NCBI GenBank assembly: GCA_037137535.1
Contig: JBAXKC010000002.1
Location: forward strand, 1 to 64,000
Origin: a bacterium
GTDB taxonomy: Bacteria; Cyanobacteriota; Vampirovibrionia; Gastranaerophilales; JBAXKC01
Direction of reading: 5' to 3'
Length of the DNA stretch: 64,000 bases
A program made the position numbers and the translations under genes. How positions within the stretch are numbered: position 1 is the first letter of the stretch; every line of letters begins with the position of its first letter. This document shows, piece by piece, positions 29,479-42,924 of the stretch. The notes under the pieces were generated by a model that was not told the DNA's origin, made no database searches, and worked only from the letters and a program-made list of their open reading frames with translations.

Positions 29479-31092
29479 TTATTTATACAATAATTCTCTT
29501 TGTTTTTTGATTTTTGGATCAGAAATATATTCTTCATAGGAAATTTGCTCGTTAACCCAACCTTTTGGGCTAATTTCAATAATTCTATTTGCAATAGAAT
29601 TAATAAATTGATGATCTTGTGAAATAAATAATACAGTTCCCGGAAACTCAATTAAAGCGTTGTTTAATGCAGTAATTGACTCTAAATCTAAGTGGTTGGT
29701 CGGCTCATTTAATATTAAGACATTTGCTCCCGTAACCATCATTTTAGAGAACATACAACGAACTTTTTCGCCACCTGAAAGAACATTAGCTTTTTTAAGA
29801 GATTCATCACCTGAGAATAACATTTTTCCAAGGAATCCTCTAATAAAGTTTTCATCTTTTTCTTTTGAATATTGACGTAACCAATCAACAAGAGAAAGAT
29901 CAACATCAAAATATTTTTGGTTTTCTTTCGGAAAATAAGCTTGTGTGGTTGTTACACCCCATTTATAACTTCCATCATCAGCTTCTTGCTCACCAGCTAA
30001 AATATCAAATAATGTAGAAGCTACTAAGTTATCTTTGCCTATAAATGCTATTTTTTCGCCTTTATCAACAGTTAAACTGAAATTTTTAATTATAAGATTA
30101 TCATCAATAGACTTATTTAATTTCTCGATAGTCAAGATATCTTTTCCAGCTTCTCTATCGGACTTAAATACAATATAAGGATATTTTCTTGTCGAAGGCT
30201 TAATATCTTCAAGACTTAATTTACTTAATAGATTTTTTCTTGAAGTAGCTTGTTTTGATTTGGAAGCGTTAGCACTAAATCTACGAATAAATGCTTTTAA
30301 TTCTTCCATTTTTTCTTCAGTCTTTTTATTATCATCTTGTTTTTGTTTCATAGCTAATTGACTAGCTTCGTACCAGAAAGAATAATTTCCTGTATAAAGT
30401 TGGATTTTTGCATAATCAATATCAGCAATATGAGTACAAACTTTATCTAAAAACTGTCTATCGTGAGAAACAACAATAACAGTATTTTCAAAGTTAATTA
30501 AAAACTCTTCAAGCCACATGATTGTATCAACATCTAAGTGGTTAGTAGGTTCATCCAATAAAAGAACATCTGGATTTCCAAATAATGCTTGAGCAAGAAG
30601 AACTCTTACTTTCTCACTACCGCTTAAATCACTCATTAATTTGTCGTGAAGATCTGTTTCAATCCCTAAGCAATTTAATAATTCACCAGCTTGTGATTCA
30701 GCTTCCCAACCGTTAAGCTCAGCAAATTCGCATTCAAGTTCACCTGCTCTAATACCATCAGCATCAGTAAAATCAGCTTTTGCATAAAGAGCATCTTTTT
30801 CTTGCATAATATCATAAAGGGTTTTATGACCAACGATAACTGTTTCTAATACTTTAAAGTCATCAAATTCAAAATGGTTTTGTTTTAATACAGCTATTCT
30901 TTTACCTTGAGCTATATGAACGTAACCTGAGGTTTGCTCAATTTCTTCTGATAATATCTTTAAAAATGTAGATTTCCCTGCTCCATTAGCTCCAATCAGT
31001 CCATAACAGTTGCCAGCGGAAAACTTTATACTTACGTCTTCGAACAATACGCGACTTCCAAATCTAAGTGTTAAATTACTAGTGCTTATCAT
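29479..31092 (-). CDS. ABC-F family ribosome-associated ATPase (YbiT/YkpA-like)
   Basis: Two NBDs, GANGAGKST, LDEPTNHLD, RFSANASKSKQATSR linker; second Walker A degenerate. Confidence 0.9.
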   Translation of the reverse strand: MISTSNLTLRFGSRVLFEDVSIKFSAGNCYGLIGANGAGKSTFLKILSEEIEQTSGYVHIAQGKRIAVLKQNHFEFDDFKVLETVIVGHKTLYDIMQEKDALYAKADFTDADGIRAGELECEFAELNGWEAESQAGELLNCLGIETDLHDKLMSDLSGSEKVRVLLAQALFGNPDVLLLDEPTNHLDVDTIMWLEEFLINFENTVIVVSHDRQFLDKVCTHIADIDYAKIQLYTGNYSFWYEASQLAMKQKQDDNKKTEEKMEELKAFIRRFSANASKSKQATSRKNLLSKLSLEDIKPSTRKYPYIVFKSDREAGKDILTIEKLNKSIDDNLIIKNFSLTVDKGEKIAFIGKDNLVASTLFDILAGEQEADDGSYKWGVTTTQAYFPKENQKYFDVDLSLVDWLRQYSKEKDENFIRGFLGKMLFSGDESLKKANVLSGGEKVRCMFSKMMVTGANVLILNEPTNHLDLESITALNNALIEFPGTVLFISQDHQFINSIANRIIEISPKGWVNEQISYEEYISDPKIKKQRELLYK

Positions 31093-31610
31093 TACCCTTA
31101 CATATCCTTAATTTTTACTATTTGTACTGCTTAATATTTCAATTACTTTATATGATACAACATTTGAAAAAGTTGCTTTTATAATATTTTACATAATTTA
31201 GATATTATTTTCTTTAAATAAAGAAACTTCAGTTCTATACTAACATTAAAAAGCATAGTATCAAGGTTTATTGCTCTTTTTTAGTTATTTTGATAACTAA
31301 TTAAATAGAATAGTGCTATATAGTTTAATATTTGTAGTTTTACAAAACTATATTAACTTATTTAAAGTTTATATAGTTTTATTAATTTAAAGGAATAAAG
31401 ATTTAAACATTAAAATTAATTTTTTTAAAAATAACTAACAAATATGTATTTTATTAATAAAAATAATATTAATTAAATAATAAACAAGTAAATTGTTAAT
31501 ATAAGAATTATAATTTTAAATCTACTATATACAGTACATAACCTATTGTTATAAGCACTTACCACACTTATAATTGTTTTTATAAAGTCAAGCAATAAAA
31601 GGTGAAAGAT

Positions 31611-31886
31611 ATGGCTTTTAAAAATAGAAAAAGAGATCTTTACAACAACTCTCCAGAAAAAATCAGATACATTATCCCAAAAAACAGGGGTAATATATCA
31701 AACTCAATCACTCAAAACTGGACAGACCAAGCATTGATGTGCTATTTAAGCAATCAATACTGTGAAACATGCGCAATTAAAAAAAACGATTACTCTTTTG
31801 TCTGTCAAATGCCCAAAGTGATAAAAATTTTAATTAAACAGTTGGGAGTTCCTGACACTGAAAGAATTGAAAAAATAACAGTTTAG
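31611..31886 (+). CDS. Small hypothetical protein with Cys cluster (possible Zn binding)
   Basis: CY-x5-CxxC-x10-C pattern; followed by a terminator. Confidence 0.65.
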   Translation: MAFKNRKRDLYNNSPEKIRYIIPKNRGNISNSITQNWTDQALMCYLSNQYCETCAIKKNDYSFVCQMPKVIKILIKQLGVPDTERIEKITV

Positions 31887-31912
31887 CAAGATGACTTCCT
31901 CTCAACATAACT

Positions 31913-31938
31913 AAAGAGCCTTTCGGCTCTTTTTTTTT
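31913..31938 (+). terminator. Intrinsic terminator
   Basis: AAAGAGCC-TTTC-GGCTCTTT plus T run. Confidence 0.8.
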
Positions 31939-31944
31939 ATTTAT

Positions 31945-33603
31945 TTAATTTACACCTTTACTTTTAAAAAATGGAGCATATTGCATGTCTTCTTTTAAAA
32001 TATGATTAGTTAACCAATCTTTAAGAAAATCTAAGAACTTATCATCAACTTCTAATGAACGACTTTCAAAGCCATTCATGAATCGCTTTAAGTCAGCTAA
32101 TAACTTAGTATGCTCGTCTATTTGTTGTGGCAATTGAGGGTAATCATATTTTTTCATTAATATTTGCTCATCAGCAAAGTGAACCCTTGTAATTTCATAT
32201 AGTTCTGCAAGTATATTCGATAAATAAGAGCGACTTTCTTTACTCAAATAGCCCTGATATAGTTTGTTAATATGATTAACAATCATAAAGTGTTGATAGT
32301 CAATTTCAACAACATGCGTAAATAAACTACTATTCCAAAAGAAAATAACTGGATCATCATCAACCTTAAAGATTGATGAATTGACATTTAAATTTCGTGC
32401 TAAAAGCATTACATCATTAGCGTTTGACTCTACCATCGATACACCAGCCGAATGTTCTTCAGTAGATGCAGCCATTTCTTCAGCGGCGGCTGCATTGCTT
32501 TCTGTAACACTTGAAACATTTTTCATAGCTTCATTTACAGCTGTATTTTTTTGAACTAAGCCAATAATTTCATTGTCGATTTTATTTGCTTCTTTATCTA
32601 TAATCTGAGATTGCAAATAAATTTTTTCAAAATTTTCTTTAATTAAATTAAAGGCCTTAACTCCATCATCGACTTTGACTAGACCATTTTTAGTAGATAC
32701 AACGGATTTATCTGATTCAACTTGAATTTTCTGAACCATTTCTTTAATTTGAGTCGCAGAATCAGCTGTTCTTTCTGCCAATTTTTTTACTTCTTCAGCT
32801 ACAACAGCAAAACCTTTACCTTCTTGTCCTGCTCTTGCTGCCTCAATTGCTGCGTTTAATGCGAGTAAATTGGTTTGATTTGCAATACTTGTGATTAAAT
32901 CTACTATTGCATTAATTTCATTAGCTAATCCTCCCAATGTTTGTATTTGATTAGCTGTTAATTCACTTGAAACTTTAATATCATTAACTTTACTTAGTGC
33001 TGTTTCAATATCAGATTTACTACTTAAAGCAATATGTAAAAAATCAGCAGCAATTTTGTTTATAGTCTTGATTTCATCATTTATCACTTCTGATACATTT
33101 GTAATTTCACGAATATTAGAACTACAATCATTTATATCATTAACTTGGAGAGAAGCACCTTCTGCTAATTGCTCTACTGTTTTCGCAACTTCAAATGCAA
33201 TATACGCAGAATTCTCAGAATATTTTTTTAAATTAGTACCTGCATTGTATAAAGTTGATGTGCCGCTATTTAGCTGAACAACTAAATTTCTTACAACACT
33301 GGCAACATCATAGGCAGATTCATAGACTTTAGACAAAAAACCAAAAGAGCTGGAGTTTTGATTAAAATTCAATTGACTGAAATCACCTTTTTTCATTTTA
33401 TCAAGTGATTTATTTAATTTATCAATTGGTTCAACAATTTTATTGTTAATTAAATATGTAGTGGATGCAGCTAATACAAGACCAGAACCTAAACTAGCTA
33501 TAAAGAATTTATCAGGGCCAAGAATGCTACTTATTGCAAACGGAACGCTAAATATTGCAAAACTGGCAGAAAATATTAAAATATTATTTTTTAATTTCAT
33601 CAT
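31945..33603 (-). CDS. Methyl-accepting chemotaxis protein with C-terminal bacteriohemerythrin domain
   Basis: 2 [47 protein letters not shown] hemerythrin ligands. Confidence 0.9.
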   Translation of the reverse strand: MMKLKNNILIFSASFAIFSVPFAISSILGPDKFFIASLGSGLVLAASTTYLINNKIVEPIDKLNKSLDKMKKGDFSQLNFNQNSSSFGFLSKVYESAYDVASVVRNLVVQLNSGTSTLYNAGTNLKKYSENSAYIAFEVAKTVEQLAEGASLQVNDINDCSSNIREITNVSEVINDEIKTINKIAADFLHIALSSKSDIETALSKVNDIKVSSELTANQIQTLGGLANEINAIVDLITSIANQTNLLALNAAIEAARAGQEGKGFAVVAEEVKKLAERTADSATQIKEMVQKIQVESDKSVVSTKNGLVKVDDGVKAFNLIKENFEKIYLQSQIIDKEANKIDNEIIGLVQKNTAVNEAMKNVSSVTESNAAAAEEMAASTEEHSAGVSMVESNANDVMLLARNLNVNSSIFKVDDDPVIFFWNSSLFTHVVEIDYQHFMIVNHINKLYQGYLSKESRSYLSNILAELYEITRVHFADEQILMKKYDYPQLPQQIDEHTKLLADLKRFMNGFESRSLEVDDKFLDFLKDWLTNHILKEDMQYAPFFKSKGVN

Positions 33604-33674
33604 AAACTCCACTAAAGCTAAAACAGTTAAATATCTCACTATATTAATAATATCTCATTTTTTTAATAAACTGT

Positions 33675-34391
33675 CTATTGTTTTTTTAATATTCCCGCAG
33701 GAATAAGTTTATAACCACCGCCATAAATTGTTTCTATGTATTTTTTTTCAGCGCAGGCTTTTTCCATTTTAGATCTTAAGTGTCTAATATGAACTCTTAT
33801 TGTTTCTATATCGTCCTCTTGAGAATACCCCCAAATATCTTTTAATAATACTCCTGCTGGAACAGCTTGCCCATGTTTTTGAACAAGCGCATTTAGTATT
33901 TCATATTCAATTGGAGTTAATTTGATTTTTGTTCCAGTAATATCAGCTGATAAAGTTTCAGGTAATAAAGTAACATCTCCAATCATTAAAATCTCAGGAG
34001 TTAATAAAGATTCAGGTAAATTTTTTGTTCTGCGTAATAGAGCCAATACCCTTAATTTTAGCTCTTCAATATCAAAAGGTTTAACTAAATAATCATCAGC
34101 ACCAGAGGTAAAACCTTGAGATTTATCCTTAATTTCACCCAATGCAGTCAGCATTAATATACCAACATTTTTTGTTGTTTCATTTTGCCTTAATCGTTGA
34201 GTTACCGTAAAACCATCGACTTCCGGCATCATTACATCAACAATTATTAAATTAGGAATTTCCTGCTTTGCTAACGCCATGCCTTTTATTCCGTCAGGAG
34301 CAGTTATTACATCATGACCGCTAAGTTCAAGATTTATTTTAATCAGCTCAACTATAAAAGGATCATCATCAATAACAAGAACTTTACTCAT
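33675..34391 (-). CDS. rpaA: OmpR-family response regulator, RpaA orthologue
   Basis: DGIKG.ALA, DGFTV.QRLR, HGQ.V, WGY...DDIETIRVHIRHLR match cyanobacterial RpaA. Confidence 0.85.
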   Translation of the reverse strand: MSKVLVIDDDPFIVELIKINLELSGHDVITAPDGIKGMALAKQEIPNLIIVDVMMPEVDGFTVTQRLRQNETTKNVGILMLTALGEIKDKSQGFTSGADDYLVKPFDIEELKLRVLALLRRTKNLPESLLTPEILMIGDVTLLPETLSADITGTKIKLTPIEYEILNALVQKHGQAVPAGVLLKDIWGYSQEDDIETIRVHIRHLRSKMEKACAEKKYIETIYGGGYKLIPAGILKKQ

Positions 34392-34511
34392 TATTTTTCC
34401 TCAAGAAGTTAGTAATAAACGCGTAAAAATCAAATAAGTCTTAATTTTATTAGTAAAATAATAAATATATTATAGTAAATCTTTTATATTAATCAACTTA
34501 TTACTTATAAA

Positions 34512-35864
34512 TTACCCTATTAAATCACAAGATTTTTTATTTCCTTTTTGATGAAAAAATCCAGAAAAAGAAATGTTTTTAGTTTTATTTTTAATATATT
34601 TTGCCATTGCTAAAGGGGCAGAAAAAGATGTTCCCCAAACCTTACCAACAGATTGTCGCCCTGAACCATCCGGATCATAAACCAATTCATCATCTTTAAG
34701 TTTAAAAGCACGAGTAAAAGTAGCATTGACATATTCTCCCTCGTCCTTAATCTGATCTAATGCATCATTTGACTCGGGGAAAAGATTTTTCACTAAAGTG
34801 ATTGGAAAAACTTTTTTATTTTGACCTTTATCAACTTTATCTTCATCAAAGCAAATACCTACTGTATAATCATCTATGTCTTTTTCTCTTTTAATTAATT
34901 CGACTCTATTCAACATTTCTACAAGTTCTTCATAATCATTATCATTCGCAACAATAGAAGATGATGGCTTATTCGTATAATCAGATACTTCTGATTTATT
35001 ACCGCTTGTCATATAGACAGGAATGGTGATTTTACCCTTACCTAGTAAATCAAATCCTTGAATAATATTATTTTTATTTTTTATTGGAGTAACATTAAAA
35101 ATACCTTGTTGAAACTCTGTCATTAAAGTGTTATCAGCACTAAACGGAGCTAAATTTCCATTATAATCTGTAGCACCAATTGTTTGGACATTTCTCGCCA
35201 ATGAATATAAGTTAAAATATTCTTCACCTGAATTGCCAGCACTTAAAAATACAGGTATTTTTTTATCTGAACAAGTAATTCTTTCGATAGCTTTAATTAC
35301 TTTTGATACTTTTAAAAATTCTTCGTTTAATTTTGCAGTAGAGCCTGGTGATTGAATTTCCATGATTGCAGACATTTTTAAAGCAATTTTTGGATTAAAC
35401 ATCCAATCTCTCATCTCTTCTTTATGATTAATGACATTACAAGAATCAATTTTTTTATCCATTAAATCCCCTATTAAAGATAGTTTCATATCTTTAGAGA
35501 TAGAAATACTCACTGCATCAACTTTTTGACCTTTATCAATCAAATCAGCGGCTTCATTAATTTTTTCTGCTAATTTATCTATTTCAATGGAATAAGCTTC
35601 ATTTGTTGGTATTTTAATTGCAATTACACGAAGTGAACCAACTTCAGCTTGTGCCATTTTTCTACACATTGTTAAGTGTGAAACATCTGGAATATTATCG
35701 CCATCAACATCAACTACTTTATTGATTTTATCGTCTATAATCATAGCGACAGGTATATTGTCTTGCTTTAATACATTATCCTTAGATTGCTTATTTGAAG
35801 TAAATCTTACTGATGTTTTCGCATTATTACATAAATCAAGATTATGAAGCCCCGACATTATCAT
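34512..35864 (-). CDS. Divergent subtilisin-like (S8) serine peptidase
   Basis: AMIID (Asp), VSHLT (His), SAGNSG (oxyanion Asn), GTSFSAP (Ser); no signal peptide. Confidence 0.7.
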   Translation of the reverse strand: MIMSGLHNLDLCNNAKTSVRFTSNKQSKDNVLKQDNIPVAMIIDDKINKVVDVDGDNIPDVSHLTMCRKMAQAEVGSLRVIAIKIPTNEAYSIEIDKLAEKINEAADLIDKGQKVDAVSISISKDMKLSLIGDLMDKKIDSCNVINHKEEMRDWMFNPKIALKMSAIMEIQSPGSTAKLNEEFLKVSKVIKAIERITCSDKKIPVFLSAGNSGEEYFNLYSLARNVQTIGATDYNGNLAPFSADNTLMTEFQQGIFNVTPIKNKNNIIQGFDLLGKGKITIPVYMTSGNKSEVSDYTNKPSSSIVANDNDYEELVEMLNRVELIKREKDIDDYTVGICFDEDKVDKGQNKKVFPITLVKNLFPESNDALDQIKDEGEYVNATFTRAFKLKDDELVYDPDGSGRQSVGKVWGTSFSAPLAMAKYIKNKTKNISFSGFFHQKGNKKSCDLIG

Positions 35865-35988
35865 TATTCTATTCCTTTGTTATCTCATGACCCAATAGTG
35901 TATCTTTTACAATAATACTTAAAATAGAAATATTTTGATATTATTTATTAAGAATATTAAGATCACTTATAAAGATAAAATAAATAGA

Positions 35989-38900
35989 TTAACTTTTTAA
36001 TTTGCAGAAGTATTCTTCTATTTCTTTTAATAACATATCGCAAAGAAATAAATCATTAATTTTAGCAGCCTTTTCTAGGTTTAAAGCCAGTTCACTTAAT
36101 TTATGGATTCTTAAATTACCACTAGAGCCTTTCATTAAATGAGCTTTAGAATAGATAAGATCAAAATCTTTATTATTAATTCCTTCTGTAATGTCATTAA
36201 TTATTATTGATAGTTCTTCAAAGTATTCTTTAAACAAATCTTCAGATTCTTCTTGTGAAAAACCAATTTGTTGAATGAACTCAGTAATTATTGAACTAAT
36301 AGAAGTTATAATTTCAGTACTATTCGAATTTAATTCTGATGTGGGTAAATATTTATTTATTAAGTTTATTAATTTAACTTGATCTATTGGCTTTGAACTA
36401 TAATCATCCATTCCTGCTGATAAACACTTTTCTATATCACCATCAAGCACATGCGCAGTTAATGCAATAATAGGTATATGTAAATTAGTGTCAGATATAA
36501 TTTGATTGGCACTTTCAATATCTCTAATACTTCTTGTTGCGTCATAGCCATCTAAAATAGGCATTTGGCAATCCATTAAAATCAAATCATAATTATTATC
36601 ATTATACATTTTTACGGCTTCCTCTCCATTAGAAGCAATATCACATATAAATCCTGCATTATTTAAAATCTTTTTAGTTAATTTTTGATTAGTTATATTA
36701 TCTTCTACTAGCAATAATTTAAAATTACTATTTAATTTATTATCGAGAATAACGCTATTATGAAGAGTTTCATCAGGTTTATAGCCTCTCTGTTCTATTG
36801 AGGTCTCAAAAATAAGAGCAGTACATTCTATTAATTCTTTTTTTCTTATTGGTTTTGTAAGATAACCACTAAAGCCAGCTTGCTTAATTAAGTTCACATC
36901 GCCTCTATTAGCAATTGATGTAATTAGAACTTGAGGAATATATTCAAAGTCATCAATCGATCTTATATTTGAAGATAATTCATTTACATCTATATCAGGC
37001 ATTAGGTAATCCAATAAAATAATATCAATTTTAGACTTAGATTTTAATATATCTATTGCATTATCTCTATTAGTGGCTTGATATACATTACAACCTGCTT
37101 CTTTTAAATAATATTTAGCTACTTTCAAATTTGTTTCATTATCATCAATAATAAGTACATTAACATTTTCAAGAGATTTTTGTTTCAATACATTTGGACT
37201 TACATCATTCTTTTTAAATCTTGCAGTAAAGCTAAATATTGAACCTTTACCCTCATAGCTAGATACGCTAATATCTCCATCCATCATTTCAACTATTTTC
37301 TTAGAAATAGTCAAGCCTAATCCAGTACCACCATACTTTCTAGTTTTAGATGCATCTGCCTGAGTAAAAGATTCAAAGATTAAATCAAGCTTATCTTTGG
37401 AAATACCTATACCTGTGTCTGAAACATCAAATTTTAAATAAATGTATTCACTGCTTTCCGTATGTTTTTTTACGTTTATTAATATTTCACCGTTACTCGT
37501 AAATTTAACAGAATTATTAACTAAATTATTTAAAACCTGCTTTAATCGCCCTGGGTCTCCACATAGTTTATCTGGAACATCTGAGTGAATTAATGCGTTA
37601 ATTTCAATACCTTTTGTATAAGCACTTGAAGTAGATAATACAGCGACATCTTCAACCGTTGCTCTAACGTCGAAATCTATTGACTCCATTGTCATTTTAC
37701 CTGCTTCAATTTTAGAAAAATCTAATATGTCATTTATAATTGACAATAAAGATTCAGAAGACTTTTTAGCCTCAGCAATAAAGTCCATTTGCTCTTCGTC
37801 AAGTGGTGTATCAGCTAAAAGATTAATAAAACCAATAACACCATTCATAGGTGTTCTAATTTCATGACTCATATTAGCCAAAAATTCACTTTTTGTTATA
37901 TTAGCTAATTCAGCTTGCTCTTTTGCATTTATTATTTGACGCTCTACATTTTTTCTTATAGTAATATCATTAGCTAAACCTGCTGTACCTATAATATTTC
38001 CATTATTATCTTTAATCGGTGATTTGAATGTTTCAAACCAAATTAGACCATCAACAGTTTTAATAGTTTCTTCTATTGTCTTATGTATATCTAAATTTAT
38101 AACTTCACTATCATCAGCAATATACTTTTCGGCTAGATCTTTTGGCCAAATATCAAAATCAGTACAGCCGATAATTTCATTAATCTCTCTATTGCAAGAT
38201 TTTGCAAAGTTATCATTTACTATTATAAATTTACCATCTTTGTCTTTAATCCAAGCCAGAAAAGGTATATTGTCAAGCATAGCATTCAGTTGAGCCTGTT
38301 TTTTCATTAGCTCTAATTCATTAAGTTTTTGCTCAGTTATATCAATTATAGTTTCAACAGCACCTACAACTTCATTGTTTTTATCAAAAACAGGTTCAGC
38401 AGAAACGATAACATATTTTCCATTTTCAGTTAGTCTTTCTTCTCTTGACGAAGCTTTTGTCTTAAATGCTTTAACCACAGGACAATTTCTACATTTATCC
38501 TCAATATTATGTCGTAAATAACAATATTTATTAACAACTTCTTCATTTTTTCTATCAAATAATTTTTCAGATGCATTATTTGTCCATCTAACTATCATAT
38601 CTTTATCGATATAAGATATTACTTCAGAAATATTATTTAAGATCATATTTTTTTCTTTTTCTGAATTAAATAACTGATCTTCTATTAGTTTTTTATCAGT
38701 AATATCTCTTACTATACCTAATAGACCAATAATTTCATTATCAAAGTTATATAACGGAGCTTTTAATATATCAAGCAGGGCTTTTTTTCCATCATAATGA
38801 AACCACTCTTCATTATTTATTGCATGTTTTTCTTGCAATACAACCATATCACCAGATTTACAAATATCAGCTGATTCTTTATCCATTAATTCATAATCAG

Positions 38901-40074
38901 TATAACCAACTATATTATCCTTATTTTTACTCATAATTAATTCAAATTGTTTATTACAACCTAAATAAGAACCATTAAAATCTTTAAAAAATATTGCATC
39001 AGGTATTGAGTTCAATAAACCCTCTAATAACAATGTCTTTTCTTCCAGAATTTTATTAGTTTTAATGGCCTTATATCTTGATAGAAATAAAAATAAACAT
39101 AATATGGCTAAGTTGAAAAATATAAAATAAATTACGGTTATTAATCTATTTATACCTTTATAAGCAGTATTAGAAGGTATAATAATAACCAAATGGTAAC
39201 TATCTGACAAATGTGAAATTATTGCTTCTTTTAAAACATTATTCTCTTTATAATCTTGAAGTTCATCAATTTTTTTATCAATAAGACCATGTTGCTTTGG
39301 GAGTAAATGATTTAGGACCTCTTTATTAAGATTGGAATTTCCATTTTGATTAGCTGAAGCAATATTGGTATAATTTTTACCTATTAAAAATAAGTCAGAA
39401 GCATTATATTTTGCTTTTAGTTCTTTTAATAAAGGCGTTAGATTACTAATTGCAATATCTATACCAGCTACACCTAATAAAACATTATTAATATATATAG
39501 GCTTAGAATAAGTAATCATCGGTATTTTTATATCAGGATCACTATATAAATCGCTCCATATACCTTTTTTAGCTTTTATTGCCTCAAAATAATATGTATC
39601 TTCTTTAGGTGTAAGTCTAGTACTATCCCCATAAGTTTTACTAATTTTATTATTTTTTTTAGTAAACCAAGTATAGTGGTCAGGTTTATTATTTGTCAAT
39701 TGAGGGTTAACTTGAAACCAAACACCTTCAGTCCAAGGAGTATTTTTAGCTATAACATAAATAAATGGTGTTATTTCAGATAAATATTTATCAATATAGT
39801 CCCTATCTTTTATTTTACTTTTATCAAATGAGTTCTCAATATAGTTTGATAATAAAATATTATTATTTTCTACGTTTTTTACTACATCATTTAAAATAGT
39901 AAGTGATGTTCTTGCTTTTATATTGTGCATTAAAGTGTTTTTCATTGTTCTGATAACTATATCAGTACTTTTTATCGCAAATAAAAAAGTCCCTAATAAA
40001 AGAGATATAGTAAATAATAATGAAATAGTAAGTTTCAAGTATTTTTTATCTATTAATTTATTTGTTATATTCAT
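35989..40074 (-). CDS. Hybrid sensor histidine kinase (Cache, 3 PAS, HisKA, HATPase, 2 REC, HPt)
   Basis: [46 protein letters not shown]. Confidence 0.93.
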   Translation of the reverse strand: MNITNKLIDKKYLKLTISLLFTISLLLGTFLFAIKSTDIVIRTMKNTLMHNIKARTSLTILNDVVKNVENNNILLSNYIENSFDKSKIKDRDYIDKYLSEITPFIYVIAKNTPWTEGVWFQVNPQLTNNKPDHYTWFTKKNNKISKTYGDSTRLTPKEDTYYFEAIKAKKGIWSDLYSDPDIKIPMITYSKPIYINNVLLGVAGIDIAISNLTPLLKELKAKYNASDLFLIGKNYTNIASANQNGNSNLNKEVLNHLLPKQHGLIDKKIDELQDYKENNVLKEAIISHLSDSYHLVIIIPSNTAYKGINRLITVIYFIFFNLAILCLFLFLSRYKAIKTNKILEEKTLLLEGLLNSIPDAIFFKDFNGSYLGCNKQFELIMSKNKDNIVGYTDYELMDKESADICKSGDMVVLQEKHAINNEEWFHYDGKKALLDILKAPLYNFDNEIIGLLGIVRDITDKKLIEDQLFNSEKEKNMILNNISEVISYIDKDMIVRWTNNASEKLFDRKNEEVVNKYCYLRHNIEDKCRNCPVVKAFKTKASSREERLTENGKYVIVSAEPVFDKNNEVVGAVETIIDITEQKLNELELMKKQAQLNAMLDNIPFLAWIKDKDGKFIIVNDNFAKSCNREINEIIGCTDFDIWPKDLAEKYIADDSEVINLDIHKTIEETIKTVDGLIWFETFKSPIKDNNGNIIGTAGLANDITIRKNVERQIINAKEQAELANITKSEFLANMSHEIRTPMNGVIGFINLLADTPLDEEQMDFIAEAKKSSESLLSIINDILDFSKIEAGKMTMESIDFDVRATVEDVAVLSTSSAYTKGIEINALIHSDVPDKLCGDPGRLKQVLNNLVNNSVKFTSNGEILINVKKHTESSEYIYLKFDVSDTGIGISKDKLDLIFESFTQADASKTRKYGGTGLGLTISKKIVEMMDGDISVSSYEGKGSIFSFTARFKKNDVSPNVLKQKSLENVNVLIIDDNETNLKVAKYYLKEAGCNVYQATNRDNAIDILKSKSKIDIILLDYLMPDIDVNELSSNIRSIDDFEYIPQVLITSIANRGDVNLIKQAGFSGYLTKPIRKKELIECTALIFETSIEQRGYKPDETLHNSVILDNKLNSNFKLLLVEDNITNQKLTKKILNNAGFICDIASNGEEAVKMYNDNNYDLILMDCQMPILDGYDATRSIRDIESANQIISDTNLHIPIIALTAHVLDGDIEKCLSAGMDDYSSKPIDQVKLINLINKYLPTSELNSNSTEIITSISSIITEFIQQIGFSQEESEDLFKEYFEELSIIINDITEGINNKDFDLIYSKAHLMKGSSGNLRIHKLSELALNLEKAAKINDLFLCDMLLKEIEEYFCKLKS

Positions 40075-40101
40075 ACACTTAATTGCTCCTAATATAAAGC
40101 A

Positions 40102-41626
<1,525 letters not shown>

Positions 41627-41627
41627 A

Positions 41628-42026
41628 TTATTCCTTAATCAGATTAAATTCTACTAACTTTTGAATGAGTTTTTCTTTGACGATTGGCTTAACAATATAA
41701 GCTTCACATTGTGATCTAAAGGCTTTTTTAATATTATCAGAGTCATCTAGAGCAGTTGTCATTATAACCTTTGTACCATCAAGATCATATTTGCCTTTTT
41801 CTTTTTCTATTTCTCTTATTTTATCAAGTGCAGTATGACCATCCATTTCAGGCATCATAATATCAAGACAAATGAGGTCATAAGCATCCCATTCATCCAA
41901 TGCAAACTTTACCGCTTCTACTGCTTCTACTCCGTTAACTGCTACATCACATTGACCATAAGCAGAAAGATATTTTATAAGAATTTTCCTGTTTACAAAG
42001 TCATCATCGACAATTAATATTTTCAT
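41628..42026 (-). CDS. Single-domain CheY-like response regulator
   Basis: ILIVDD, LDIMMP, TTA, YIVKP. Confidence 0.9.
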   Translation of the reverse strand: MKILIVDDDFVNRKILIKYLSAYGQCDVAVNGVEAVEAVKFALDEWDAYDLICLDIMMPEMDGHTALDKIREIEKEKGKYDLDGTKVIMTTALDDSDNIKKAFRSQCEAYIVKPIVKEKLIQKLVEFNLIKE

Positions 42027-42035
42027 ATTTTACTC

Positions 42036-42851
42036 CTATAAAATGTTTTTTAAGTATACAGTCGGTTGAACATATTCGAATTTATATTGCTTTTGATTAA
42101 GACTTTCTGAATGACCAATAAATAAAAGGCCCCCACCTGTAAGCACATTGTAAAACTTCTTTATAAGTTGTTCTTGAGTCTCAAAATTAAAATATATCAT
42201 TACATTTCTACAAAAAATAATGTCAAAAGTATTTTGAAAGGGAAAATGATCCATTAAGTTAAAGGTCCTAAAAGTTATTAATTGCTTTAACTCAGGAACT
42301 ACAGCGTATTCATCCCCGACACGAGTAAAATATTTTCCAAGAAAATATGGATTAATCATATCTTCAGGATCTAGTTTATAAGTAGCTTTTTGTGCTTTTT
42401 CTATTATACCTGCGCTGACATCTGTTGCTAAAATTTTAATATTAATACCTGGTGGTAAATATTCTTTTAAAACAATTGCCAAAGTATAAGCCTCTTTTCC
42501 ATTAGAACAAGCAGACGACCATACTCTTATTTCATTGTTTCTTAGTATTCTAGGATTTTTTTTAAAAATAGAATCAAGTTTATTTCTAATAAATTCAAAA
42601 TGGTTATCTTCTCTAAAGAAATTAGTTTTATGAATTGTAATCTCATCAACAAATTGAGACCAATGAATACTTTTAGAGTTATTGATAAGAAACGTATAAT
42701 ATTCCTGATAAGTTTCTATGTTAAGCGCTCTCATCAATTTACCGACTTTTGACTGAACCATTTCACGCTTTGCTTCACTTATATGAATACCTAACTTATC
42801 ATATATAAGCATTTTGAAGTTATCAAATTGTTTATCTTTTAGTTTTTCCAA
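42036..42851 (-). CDS. cheR: Chemotaxis protein methyltransferase
   Basis: TNFFRE, WSSACSNG.E.Y, FCRNVMIYF, IGHSES. Confidence 0.95.
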   Translation of the reverse strand: MEKLKDKQFDNFKMLIYDKLGIHISEAKREMVQSKVGKLMRALNIETYQEYYTFLINNSKSIHWSQFVDEITIHKTNFFREDNHFEFIRNKLDSIFKKNPRILRNNEIRVWSSACSNGKEAYTLAIVLKEYLPPGINIKILATDVSAGIIEKAQKATYKLDPEDMINPYFLGKYFTRVGDEYAVVPELKQLITFRTFNLMDHFPFQNTFDIIFCRNVMIYFNFETQEQLIKKFYNVLTGGGLLFIGHSESLNQKQYKFEYVQPTVYLKNIL

Positions 42852-42884
42852 AATTTTCTCACTTTATAAATAAAATTAAATAGC

Positions 42885-42911
42885 TGACAGGGCAATATAA
42901 TGCCCTGTCAG
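42885..42911 (-). terminator. Intra-operon hairpin after mcp
   Basis: CTGACAGGGCA/TGCCCTGTCAG. Confidence 0.55.
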
Positions 42912-42924
42912 AATACTTTTATTA

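Noticed and set aside
31093-31600. Replication origin
   Set aside because: AT-rich, but I found no TTATCCACA-type DnaA box cluster and no dnaA/dnaN context.
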